Source: a virus
Strand: one strand, 5' to 3'
IMG/VR virus record: IMGVR_UViG_3300045988_122291
Location: 32,001-96,000 of that record
DNA length: 64,000 nucleotides
The position numbers were made by a program, and so were the translations under genes. Positions 29,460-37,291 of this stretch are shown here, piece after piece; the stretch's first letter is position 1; every line of letters begins with the position of its first letter. Under the pieces are notes generated by a model, which was not told the origin of the DNA, made no database searches, and saw only the letters and a list, made by a program, of their open reading frames with translations.

Positions 29460-29655
29460 GTTCAAATCTAATATACGGATATTCTTTTATAGCGATTGCT
29501 CGTGCATTGTCTATTTCCATAGCATTCAAAAAATTATTGACCACAAGTTCAATACTACCATTGTGCTTTTTGAATACACTGGACTTATTGTCTAATTCAA
29601 TGCACCTTGCAAGCATCATAACCAATCTTTCAAATTGAAAATTTGTCATTATCAT
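29449..29655 (-). CDS. hypothetical protein
   Basis: Co-directional ORF. Confidence 0.4.
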   Translation of the reverse strand: MIMTNFQFERLVMMLARCIELDNKSSVFKKHNGSIELVVNNFLNAMEIDNARAIAIKEYPYIRFELDK

Positions 29656-29981
29656 TTTGATTGTTCCTTGTCAAGAAGTTCTTTTATCATTGACTTCAGT
29701 TCTTTAATCTCTTGTCTAAGCGTGTTGAACTCTTCCATAATTGTTGTGTTTGGCATATCTATTTTTCTATCGTTAATCTGAACAAAGCCTTGGTATAAAT
29801 CATTAAGGCGACCTGTCCATATGCGTTCATCTATCCAATCACTTATAGGAGCGTCTACGAATGACAAAACTATTTGATAATCATTATAATCATTATTCAA
29901 AGGATAGAAGTCTGTGATTTTAAACTTATCTCCATCTTTAGAGATAAGAATGTCACCAATGTTAATATCGTTTACATTCAT
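29652..29981 (-). CDS. hypothetical protein, MN-x-NDI-x-GDI family (copy 3)
   Basis: Shares the N-terminus MNVNDINIGDILISKDGDKFKITDFY and the C-terminal coiled coil ..LKSMIKELLDKE with the two upstream genes. Confidence 0.45.
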   Translation of the reverse strand: MNVNDINIGDILISKDGDKFKITDFYPLNNDYNDYQIVLSFVDAPISDWIDERIWTGRLNDLYQGFVQINDRKIDMPNTTIMEEFNTLRQEIKELKSMIKELLDKEQSK

Positions 29982-29997
29982 ACTGTCTCACCTTTGA

Positions 29998-30393
29998 TTA
30001 CTCCTTGTCAAGAAATTCTAACATCATTTTTCTAAGTTTTCTGAGTTCGTCACCACAAGCGTTCAACTCACAAAAAGCGTTGTCAATCTTACGAGCAACT
30101 TTTTCATATTGCTCCAACACAACACTCTTGACTGGATTCAATACATTCTCTCCAATCTTATCAAAAGTTTTATTTAGATTGTCAATCTGTCCCACCCACG
30201 CATAATCGGTATACGCATAAATGGTTTCAGAATCACTTTTGTTTATAGTGTTTACAGAACTAAAATCAAGGGGTTGCAAATCAAGTCGAATTTCTCCGCG
30301 TTTTCTATAAGTGTAATAAAAATTTATAATTTTATATCTAACGCCTTCTTTGGTAATAGCAATATCGCCCATGTAAATATCATTAAGGTTCAT
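29998..30393 (-). CDS. hypothetical protein, same family (copy 2)
   Basis: MNLNDIYMGDIAITKEGVRYKIINFY ... LRKMMLEFLDKE. Confidence 0.45.
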   Translation of the reverse strand: MNLNDIYMGDIAITKEGVRYKIINFYYTYRKRGEIRLDLQPLDFSSVNTINKSDSETIYAYTDYAWVGQIDNLNKTFDKIGENVLNPVKSVVLEQYEKVARKIDNAFCELNACGDELRKLRKMMLEFLDKE

Positions 30394-30707
30394 AATGTAT
30401 GTAACACCGCCTTATTCAACGTTTCTTTGATAGCTTTAACTTCTTCAGTCAGCCTAATAACTTGTTCTCGCAAAGCCTTGAAATCGCTCATACTAACTGT
30501 TTGCAGATTCTCACTGCCAACAAACACAAAGTATTTATACATATTTTTTTCAAGACCGTGATATTCGCTAACATATCCGTTATTATTTACTGGCTTAATG
30601 CAAAGGTCATACCATACTTCGCCGTTATGGCTTTTCATTTCAGCTTTGGTGATAATTCCCAACGCACCTTCGATAGTCTTAATTCCCATGCCTTCACGAA
30701 TATTCAT
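30390..30707 (-). CDS. hypothetical protein, distant member of the same family (copy 1)
   Basis: Similar size and C-terminal heptad segment REQVIRLTEEVKAIKETL. Confidence 0.4.
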   Translation of the reverse strand: MNIREGMGIKTIEGALGIITKAEMKSHNGEVWYDLCIKPVNNNGYVSEYHGLEKNMYKYFVFVGSENLQTVSMSDFKALREQVIRLTEEVKAIKETLNKAVLHTL

Positions 30708-30710
30708 TGA

Positions 30711-31091
30711 TTATACCTCCAACAGCTTATGTATCAACGTCCAATTATAACGTCTTACTTCAGCGCACTTCTTATTATATTCTTCTCGCGCTTTCTTACT
30801 ACGAGCATAATTGTCTGGATAATTAGGGTTCTTCATTAGCATTTCCTTATAGCACTCACTATCTACATATACCTTGCCATCACGAACCCACAGCTCCTTA
30901 TCAGCAATGTTATCTACCTTTTTGAAAGCGTCTAAATACTTCTTTCTATCTATTGCACTAAAACCTTTATTCTTCAAATATTGACACGCTTTACACACAG
31001 AATATTCTTCATCGGACAGTGCAAGTTCTTGTTTGGCACGGAATTGTCTATAAGCAATATATTTTTCACACTCTTCATAGGTAAAAAACAT
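30711..31091 (-). CDS. hypothetical protein (possibly the 3' part of a frameshifted gene)
   Basis: No convincing SD before the ATG at 31091. Its frame stays open upstream to 31166. Confidence 0.35.
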   Translation of the reverse strand: MFFTYEECEKYIAYRQFRAKQELALSDEEYSVCKACQYLKNKGFSAIDRKKYLDAFKKVDNIADKELWVRDGKVYVDSECYKEMLMKNPNYPDNYARSKKAREEYNKKCAEVRRYNWTLIHKLLEV

Positions 31092-31588
31092 CTCGTTCTC
31101 AAAACATCTGATACTATCAGCACGGCTCTTGCCAAAGAATCCAGTGTCATGCGCTTGAAACTTCTCTCAGTAAGGATATAACCATTACCGTCCTTTTTAG
31201 CGTTTGAATCAACGTAGAATACGTTCTTATAAGAAATTGGTACAAGCCAGCCCTTAACAAGATACCGATATACAGCTTGTCTACTACGCCAGTTAAGGAT
31301 AGCTCCCTTGCTCTCAGGATAAATCAAACGTTCTTCACGCTCATAGGAGCAATGCGACTTATAGGTAAATTTCTTTGCGCTGACCTTACAAGATACTTGT
31401 TGAACTTCATACCAAGGCTTACCATTGATATAAGTTTCAACGTTAGGTACAATACGTTTTAGACCTTCATCAGTTAAGTAAACGCACATTGGTCTGACAT
31501 TGCCCTTAGCATAGCTATGATTTATTGCGTCATCACAGACGTTAGGGATATAGTAAATGTTTTTCTTTACGATTTCCATAGTTTTCAC
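30974..31588 (-). CDS. hypothetical protein (118-nt out-of-frame overlap with the next ORF)
   Basis: SD AAGGAGAGTG upstream. The last ~38 codons look low-complexity. Confidence 0.4.
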   Translation of the reverse strand: MKTMEIVKKNIYYIPNVCDDAINHSYAKGNVRPMCVYLTDEGLKRIVPNVETYINGKPWYEVQQVSCKVSAKKFTYKSHCSYEREERLIYPESKGAILNWRSRQAVYRYLVKGWLVPISYKNVFYVDSNAKKDGNGYILTERSFKRMTLDSLARAVLIVSDVLRTRCFLPMKSVKNILLIDNSVPNKNLHCPMKNILCVKRVNI

Positions 31589-31651
31589 TCTCCTTATGTG
31601 ACTATTGTATCACGGAACATCTGTTATGTCAATAGTCAAAATACCGCGCAG

Positions 31652-32065
31652 TCATTGCTCAATCCTTTCTTCAGCCGTACCAAAGTTAGTAGTATAAACC
31701 ACCCTTTTAACACCCAAACTCTTAATCATTTTCATACACCCAGCGCACGGTCTTGCCATGCCATTCTCACCATCGCATTTTCTCTTACGAGCAATGTAGA
31801 CCGTTACTTTAGACCACTCAATTTCTTCGTTAAGCAGTGGAGCAAGCGCGTGTATCTCTGCATGAAGATAATGCGGTTTATCATCTTCTGGGAAACGCTC
31901 TCTATTATATTTCTTCTGCAAGGGATGAGTCTTGCAAGTATTGAACGCTGTGTTAAGCACCGTATTCTTCTGCGCCACTACACAGCCCATATGGTATCTA
32001 CCATAGTCACTGCAATCAGCAATAGACAAGGCATGAGCCAGCATTTTCTTGTCATTCTTGTTCAT
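31652..32065 (-). CDS. dCMP deaminase (cytidine/deoxycytidylate deaminase zinc motif)
   Basis: HAEIHAL ... PCAGCMKMI (H-A-E and PCxxC). Confidence 0.75.
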   Translation of the reverse strand: MNKNDKKMLAHALSIADCSDYGRYHMGCVVAQKNTVLNTAFNTCKTHPLQKKYNRERFPEDDKPHYLHAEIHALAPLLNEEIEWSKVTVYIARKRKCDGENGMARPCAGCMKMIKSLGVKRVVYTTNFGTAEERIEQ

Positions 32066-32066
32066 A

Positions 32067-32273
32067 TTAAACGAACCATTTAATTATACCATACAAGTAA
32101 AAGACCCAAAGAATGATAATTGATAAACAAGCAAACATAATAATTTCCCAGCTTTCTTCATAATATTCTTTATCCAGCAAACGTATTGCTTTCCATTCGT
32201 CAAGGATTAACCATATTGCGTTTACTGTCATAAAAATCATCATAAAGAAAGAAAGAATAAAAAGAGCAAACAT
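32067..32273 (-). CDS. small membrane protein
   Basis: Two hydrophobic helices. Confidence 0.4.
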   Translation of the reverse strand: MFALFILSFFMMIFMTVNAIWLILDEWKAIRLLDKEYYEESWEIIMFACLSIIILWVFYLYGIIKWFV

Positions 32274-32291
32274 TTATAATTCACCTCACAA

Positions 32292-32519
32292 TTAGCATAC
32301 AAAAAGGATAACCCACGCAACCATACACAGCAGAACAATATACCATTCAATCCAATTTCCCCAGAACAGTACAGGTGTTTGGTGCTTTCTAAGCCAATAC
32401 TTCATATCTTTATATACATTGTATGAACTCAGACCAAAAGCAAGCAAGAGAATTGGAACAACAGTCCAACGAATAAACTCTACAAAAACCTTATCATTAC
32501 CCATCATTTTCGCTCCCAA
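32292..32519 (-). CDS. small membrane protein
   Basis: Two hydrophobic helices. Confidence 0.4.
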   Translation of the reverse strand: MGAKMMGNDKVFVEFIRWTVVPILLLAFGLSSYNVYKDMKYWLRKHQTPVLFWGNWIEWYIVLLCMVAWVILFVC

Positions 32520-32854
32520 TCAATCAGCACTTCGATATATCTCATTCTACATTGGTCATTTGGCACATCACTAGACACGACCTTATATCCCTTTTGCTCA
32601 AGCGCTCTCATAAGTCGCTGTTCAGCCAATACAGAAATGAGGTTAGCATTGTACACGATACGAGGATTGACCGCTTGAGCGTCGTTAATGCGCTTCATCA
32701 TTTCAATGTGCATAGTGCTCTTGAGGTAAGAGTAACCGCTTACGTCCTTGAAGCCCTGCTTAGTCTTGACCAGATTATTAAAGATGCCGATGTTCTTACG
32801 AATCATCTTCATATATTCTTCCTTAGTTGGAAGTACGTTAAATGTGCTTGCCAT
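32504..32854 (-). CDS. hypothetical protein
   Basis: Co-directional ORF. Confidence 0.4.
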   Translation of the reverse strand: MASTFNVLPTKEEYMKMIRKNIGIFNNLVKTKQGFKDVSGYSYLKSTMHIEMMKRINDAQAVNPRIVYNANLISVLAEQRLMRALEQKGYKVVSSDVPNDQCRMRYIEVLIDWERK

Positions 32855-32856
32855 AT

Positions 32857-33078
32857 TTATTCTTCCACCTTTACAATAAGACTTTTCTCAACAAGCCATG
32901 TATGATTACCCGAAGTGCCGCTATCTTCACCCCAATTTACGAGAACCATTTTTTTATCCCTCGTTGTCATCACTGCTTCACCAATTACTGTACAGTCGGG
33001 ATAGAACTCAGGGGAAACAATGTGTGCTACATCGTTCTTCATATGCACTTTATCGCCAACACAAAATCGAATTTCCAT
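32857..33078 (-). CDS. single-domain member of the GD-x-V / YP small-barrel family
   Basis: FCVGDKVHMKNDVAHIVSPEFYPDCTVIGEAV aligns to repeats in 33101.., 44391.. and 48886... Confidence 0.4.
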   Translation of the reverse strand: MEIRFCVGDKVHMKNDVAHIVSPEFYPDCTVIGEAVMTTRDKKMVLVNWGEDSGTSGNHTWLVEKSLIVKVEE

Positions 33079-33100
33079 ATTTATTCTCCTTTATTTACGT

Positions 33101-33463
33101 TCAAACATGATAGTTCATACCTGCTCTAAAAGATTCAATCAACAAATCCTTAATGATTTCTTGTTCTTCTGCGCTGAAATTCTTTAGAACATTTTTGTTA
33201 ATGTTCTTTTTAATATAAATCCATGATTCTGTTTTAGGTAAAACATAAGGCTTTAATTTATCTTCTTCATCACACCACATATCAAAACAACTTGTATTTT
33301 CTCCTGTGACAAAATAAATATATCCATCGCCATAACACTTTACTTGAGTAACAATCCCCAGCGGAAATTTAGGATAAATGTCTTGTAAAAATTCTGGTAT
33401 TTCCTTGGTTACTTTATCACCAATCTTAAACTTTGCTTTCTTAAACTTTAACTTCGCCTTCAT
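33101..33463 (-). CDS. GD-x-V / YP family protein
   Basis: ATG at 33463 after AAGGAGGTTG. FKIGDKVTKEIPEFLQDIYPKFPLGIVTQV. Confidence 0.4.
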   Translation of the reverse strand: MKAKLKFKKAKFKIGDKVTKEIPEFLQDIYPKFPLGIVTQVKCYGDGYIYFVTGENTSCFDMWCDEEDKLKPYVLPKTESWIYIKKNINKNVLKNFSAEEQEIIKDLLIESFRAGMNYHV

Positions 33464-33508
33464 AAAAACAACCTCCTTAATATAACATAGCAATGTACGG
33501 CATAATCA

Positions 33509-33676
33509 TCAACCAAAAAGATAGTACACAGTAACAAGAGAAGTTACAAAATACACAATTAAGATATATCCAAAAATAAGTGTGTATTCTGAAGTAATAG
33601 CTAAATATAACAGCACTACAAAAATAGTAGTCCACAGCGTAATACCCAACGAAACCATAATAATTGTACCTACCAT
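33509..33676 (-). CDS. small membrane protein
   Basis: ATG at 33676 after ACAAAGGAGGTTGT; a promoter lies directly upstream. Two TM helices. Confidence 0.4.
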   Translation of the reverse strand: MVGTIIMVSLGITLWTTIFVVLLYLAITSEYTLIFGYILIVYFVTSLVTVYYLFG

Positions 33677-33705
33677 AAAAAACAACCTCCTTTGTTTATG
33701 TATCA

Positions 33706-33734
33706 ATGATACCACAAAGGAGGTTGTGTGTCAA
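33706..33734 (-). promoter_or_regulatory. sigma-A-type promoter (TTGACA-17-TGgTATCAT) nested in a 14-bp anti-SD/terminator hairpin
   Basis: Spacer arm ACAACCTCCTTTGT (complement of 33714-33727) pairs with the SD arm ACAAAGGAGGTTGT (complement of 33682-33695). TTTTTT and the ATG follow. Confidence 0.6.
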
Positions 33735-33750
33735 GAGAAATTATGAAATT

Positions 33751-34104
33751 TTATGAGATTTCAAGTGTGCCATAAGAGATTTCACCATAATCACCCAGAG
33801 AAGATAATTTTACGTCTACTTTGATAGAGAAACCATACTCATTACCTGTAGTAAATTCTTTGATAATTAAATGAACACCACCATTTTGACATTGCATTAA
33901 AATATCACAAGTCTCTCCCGTATTAGACATGAGTTTCGGTGAAAGCAAAAATCGTGAATTGTAATAGTCTCTAATGTAAATATAGCTTGTAGCAGGAACA
34001 TAAAATTCTCTATAAAAATCAGACCCCATATACAAGTCGTCAATCTTCTTATAAATCATAGCCCCACTTGTTTTCTCAATTTTTCCAGCTACAATCGCGT
34101 TCAT
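33751..34104 (-). CDS. hypervariable small protein, MNGIVTGK family, copy A (dispersed)
   Basis: MNAIVAGKIEKTSGAMIYKK N-terminus and ..GTLEIS C-terminus are shared with the array copies. A poly-G leader precedes it. Confidence 0.6.
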   Translation of the reverse strand: MNAIVAGKIEKTSGAMIYKKIDDLYMGSDFYREFYVPATSYIYIRDYYNSRFLLSPKLMSNTGETCDILMQCQNGGVHLIIKEFTTGNEYGFSIKVDVKLSSLGDYGEISYGTLEIS

Positions 34105-34185
34105 CGTACCACCTCCTTAGAGATGACACGGTTTACGTTACTGTGAAATGCCCCCCCCAAGTGAGCGCATAGTTTGGTAATTCAT
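34105..34185 (-). promoter_or_regulatory. leader cassette A: SD-led uORF 34138..34185 (MNYQTMRSLGGGISQ) containing G8 (34151-34158)
   Basis: AAAGGAGAAAATATT-ATG. With G8 the uORF stops at TAA 34138-34140. With G7 or G10 it reads ...SKEVVR and stops at a TGA overlapping the ATG of copy A (ATGA at 34101-34104). Confidence 0.6.
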
Positions 34186-34204
34186 AATATTTTCTCCTTT
34201 GTTT

Positions 34205-34486
34205 TTAATCTTTCTTAGGCGTAGTATAAGACTTAGCGTTTTCACTGTCGCCCATACCAAGAACACCATTTTGTGTAGTCGGGTCAACAAGTGCGTTCCA
34301 TACGTTGACACAGACAAGGAAGAGACAGTAAGGATTACTGATAGTACCCTTCAGCACGTTGAGCACGCCTGCCCATGTGGTCAAATCTGCCGCTGTTAGA
34401 CCTGCGTAAGCAAGTGCAGTAGCGAATGCACCAAGAATTACATTTACCCAAAACGCATAGTTTTTAATTCTCACCTTTAGATTCAT
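34205..34486 (-). CDS. holin (LL-H / phage_holin_4-like)
   Basis: Three hydrophobic segments and a polar tail ..DPTTQNGVLGMGDSENAKSYTTPKKD. Lies immediately downstream of the endolysin with an ATGA-type junction. Confidence 0.65.
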   Translation of the reverse strand: MNLKVRIKNYAFWVNVILGAFATALAYAGLTAADLTTWAGVLNVLKGTISNPYCLFLVCVNVWNALVDPTTQNGVLGMGDSENAKSYTTPKKD

Positions 34487-36210
34487 TACTCTTCACTCCC
34501 ATACATACCCACTCTATCGTTAATAACAAGAACTCGTAGCAAATCTTCACTTAGGTCAAGACCCTTGCCATTACCCTTGAGATAGCCCTTATTCACGAGC
34601 TTAATGATAGTGTCCTTACCCCAGTCTGGAACTGAAGCAATGCTATCATATACCTTATTGTACTTAGCGTACACTTCTTCAGCTACATTGCCAGCAACCT
34701 TCTTAGCTTCGGTCTGAGCAATAGCTGTGGTTTCTGCTTTAGTCAAATCTTCCACTCCTTTAACCATGTTTAGGAAATTAGTCCACTGTTCATAATGTCG
34801 CACGAAGGGGTCTGGACAATTACCTACAATAAATGTTTTTGTACCTTGGCGCACAAGAATATATCCTGTTGGCACACTTACACAAGACACTTTAGTTGTA
34901 CGAGTTTTTACACTCTTCTGAACACCACCAATACTATAATTAGCTGTTAAGCGATCAATAGCAAGATAATCATAACGAGTGCTTCTACCTAATCGTGTTT
35001 TGTTAGTACGATACCCCTTAGTCGCGCAAACAGCTTGTACAACGTCTAAGTTATTTTGAATAGAAGAAGTATAAAGATGTCCTGCTTCGCAACCGTCTAC
35101 TTGTAAACATTCGTTCCAAAATACGTCATATTGGTGTTGATTCATTTCCAATAAATTATATTGGAAATGCTTATCTTTAAGCCACTGTTCACACCAATAG
35201 TAAAGGTCTGTGCCATAATTACGGTAACTTACACTACCATCTTTCTTGTTAGAAACAGTATAGTCAATCATTAGGTTATCAAGAATCTCTTTAACTCTAT
35301 CAATCTTGCGTTGTTTCTTAACATGAAACTCAATGCCACATACATCTTGGTAAGTTCCCTTCATATAATGTCCGTCACCTTGTACCCATACAAGGAATCG
35401 AATTTCATCATCAGTGAGAGGTAAACCAGACCCAATATACATAGCACCGTTTTTAACTAAGTTTTGTCGAGAGCCTGTAAGCATATCTCCCCATAGTTGC
35501 TCACGCCATTTATATGTTCCAGTCTTTTTATTAAAATTATTGTTTGCCGCCCACATACGATGATTAGAAGTTGCTTCAAGACCATGACAGCTTAGAACTT
35601 CAGCTTCATAAGGCTCAACCACGCTACTAACAGCGCCAAAAGATAGTCTATCAGTATTAGTGTCATACTGCATAACTTCTTCTCCAACCTTAATATCTCC
35701 AAGAGCCTTCCAACCTTCGCGTGTTAGAAGTTCGGTTGAATCCAAAGGTAAACAATACTTATGTGTAACATGATAGTGCATACATACATGCTTAATATCA
35801 ACCCCATACTGTTCCATAAGCCATTGCACGAGCTTTACAGTACGCTTCTGGGTTTCCATAGTAATTACATATTCGCCATTCTTCCAGTCGCTGCACATTT
35901 CAATACCAATGGAATTAACGTTGCGACAGCTATTGTAATAATAGCCTGTTTCACTACCACAATGCCATGCAGTATTAGCAAGGTTTACAGTCTGCCAAAT
36001 TTCGTTCTCATCAACAAAGAAATGTGCGCTTGCATTAAGCCCACTACAACGAGCAAAATAATCTGCATTGTTCTTTGCAGTATCGCCCTTGCCAGCAGTA
36101 AAGTGAATAACAATCCATTGAATCTTATGCTTTACGCCATTCTTTGTGCGACCATACATAAAATTGGAAGGATTGCATTCCTTAAATTGAAAATATGGTT
36201 TTTCTGCCAT
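34486..36210 (-). CDS. N-acetylmuramoyl-L-alanine amidase endolysin (Amidase_2/PGRP) interrupted by an intein; SLH-like C-terminus
   Basis: WIVIHFTAG, AHFFVD, AWHCG, NSIGIEMC and H-x5-K-x-C split as HYHVTHKY|intein|CPDPF. The C-terminal VPDWGKDTIIKLVNKGYLKGNG..LSEDLLRVLVI looks SLH-like. Confidence 0.75.
   Translation of the reverse strand: MAEKPYFQFKECNPSNFMYGRTKNGVKHKIQWIVIHFTAGKGDTAKNNADYFARCSGLNASAHFFVDENEIWQTVNLANTAWHCGSETGYYYNSCRNVNSIGIEMCSDWKNGEYVITMETQKRTVKLVQWLMEQYGVDIKHVCMHYHVTHKYCLPLDSTELLTREGWKALGDIKVGEEVMQYDTNTDRLSFGAVSSVVEPYEAEVLSCHGLEATSNHRMWAANNNFNKKTGTYKWREQLWGDMLTGSRQNLVKNGAMYIGSGLPLTDDEIRFLVWVQGDGHYMKGTYQDVCGIEFHVKKQRKIDRVKEILDNLMIDYTVSNKKDGSVSYRNYGTDLYYWCEQWLKDKHFQYNLLEMNQHQYDVFWNECLQVDGCEAGHLYTSSIQNNLDVVQAVCATKGYRTNKTRLGRSTRYDYLAIDRLTANYSIGGVQKSVKTRTTKVSCVSVPTGYILVRQGTKTFIVGNCPDPFVRHYEQWTNFLNMVKGVEDLTKAETTAIAQTEAKKVAGNVAEEVYAKYNKVYDSIASVPDWGKDTIIKLVNKGYLKGNGKGLDLSEDLLRVLVINDRVGMYGSEE
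34819..35754 (-). mobile_element. intein (312 aa, residues 153-464) with LAGLIDADG-type homing endonuclease domain
   Basis: Starts CLPLDSTELLTREGW (block A Cys). Block B ATSNHRMW. LAGLIDADG-like FLVWVQGDGHY and ECLQVDGCEAG. Ends TKTFIVGN followed by the +1 Cys (TGT 34816-34818). Confidence 0.65.
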
Positions 36211-36229
36211 TATATCGTCTCCTTTCTTT

Positions 36230-36261
36230 AAGATAAAAGGGGAGAATATATCTCCCCTTAT
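36230..36261 (-). terminator. intrinsic terminator between the paralog operon and the endolysin gene
   Basis: Minus strand: AAGGGGAGA-TATAT-TCTCCCCTT followed by TTATCTT. Confidence 0.6.
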
Positions 36262-36267
36262 TTCAAA

Positions 36268-36471
36268 TTAAAGACCGTTATCAGCAAGTAGCTTGCGATA
36301 ATCAGCGGACAGGAGAGTTGCGCCAGTCTTTTCCTCGCGCCACTTAATGTAGACCGCACGTGCGAGGTCATCACGAGGAATGTTGTGCTTGTTGTCCCAC
36401 TGGTCGAGCTGTACACCAATGTCACCGGGGAGCTTTGCGATGTGTCGATGTTGTAGTTTGTAATTGTACAT
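36268..36471 (-). CDS. hypothetical protein
   Basis: Preferred ATG at 36471 after AAAGGAGAAG. Confidence 0.4.
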   Translation of the reverse strand: MYNYKLQHRHIAKLPGDIGVQLDQWDNKHNIPRDDLARAVYIKWREEKTGATLLSADYRKLLADNGL

Positions 36472-36502
36472 ATTTTTTTCTTCTCCTTTGTTTGCTTGAT
36501 TT

Positions 36503-36898
36503 TTATTCAAAGTAGCCTATTTCAATTTTATCAAAATAGTCACTCAAATAACCACTTAAACTTCTAATGTGTATTTCATCTCGGTCGGAATTATACCAAA
36601 CTGAAAATAATGAGTAATTTTGCCTCGGATAGTTTTTGGGTGATACATAGAAATTATTTTCTTTGTCATCGCTACTAATATCTCCCATAAAATTAGTGGG
36701 GAAAATAATAACTTCTTTTCCATCTGAAGTTTCTCTGTAAAATCTAAAAAGAATATTGTTTTTCGGCGTGCGATATAAATTTGTATTGTATAGCGTTAAA
36801 TTGTAATCATTCGGCATATTCCATGATTGTGTTACATGAAACACCATAGTGTCTCCGACACTTTTAGTTTCCTGTTTATTAGTGACAATAGCATTCAT
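36503..36898 (-). CDS. hypervariable small protein, MNGIVTGK family, copy H (no leader of its own)
   Basis: MNAIVTNKQETKSVGDTMVF... ends ..KIEIGYFE. Follows copy B after TAA-19 nt-ATG with SD AGGCGGTGA. Confidence 0.55.
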   Translation of the reverse strand: MNAIVTNKQETKSVGDTMVFHVTQSWNMPNDYNLTLYNTNLYRTPKNNILFRFYRETSDGKEVIIFPTNFMGDISSDDKENNFYVSPKNYPRQNYSLFSVWYNSDRDEIHIRSLSGYLSDYFDKIEIGYFE

Positions 36899-36917
36899 AC
36901 TGTCACCGCCTTTGAAG

Positions 36918-37220
36918 TTACTTTATGGAAATTCGATAGAATTTTGCATTTAATCCTTCTCTGTTGTTTGTTGCCCCCATTATATTTCCATTTTCGAAAT
37001 ATAAATGAACCGATGGTGCGTCTGGACTGACAGAAAAAGTTTTTCCGTCCCATTTTCCAATAGAGAAATCGTAACTGTAAAGAATATAAACACAAGGGTC
37101 GTTCGCTTTTGGTGTTTCTATTACTGTTCCATGGTATTCTATCCAAAAAGAACTGTTGTACACTATTTCGAACTCTTTGCTTGTTCCTAATCCAATGGGC
37201 AAAGTAATAATTCCGTTCAT
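36918..37220 (-). CDS. hypervariable small protein, MNGIVTGK family, copy B (shortened N-terminal motif)
   Basis: Only MNGIITLPIG of the family motif is retained. Preceded by leader cassette B. Confidence 0.5.
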   Translation of the reverse strand: MNGIITLPIGLGTSKEFEIVYNSSFWIEYHGTVIETPKANDPCVYILYSYDFSIGKWDGKTFSVSPDAPSVHLYFENGNIMGATNNREGLNAKFYRISIK

Positions 37221-37286
37221 TTACTCTGCCCCCCCCAGTTTAATCTGAAGAATGCTCATTGCTCAAATTCCTTTCTGAGCAATGAG
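37221..37286 (-). promoter_or_regulatory. leader cassette B: uORF 37221..37259 (MSILQIKLGGAE) with G8 (37229-37236); its ATG lies in an 11-bp hairpin
   Basis: CTCATTGCTCA-GAAAGGAATT-TGAGCAATGAG hairpin (37255-37286). The uORF stop TAA (37221-37223) abuts ATG 37220. With G7 the stop would become ATGA-overlapping. Confidence 0.5.
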
Positions 37287-37291
37287 AAGGT

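Noticed and set aside
29652-30010. CTTGACAAGGAG sequences at 29660-29675 and 30005-30015 as promoters
   Set aside because: They encode the conserved ..LDKE C-termini of paralogs and are not followed by any -10 element at 17 nt.
36895-37146. 83-aa minus-strand ORF overlapping paralog copy B out of frame
   Set aside because: It is the frame that leader B would enter with G9, but its sequence looks non-protein-like and it has no start context. It is probably incidental.
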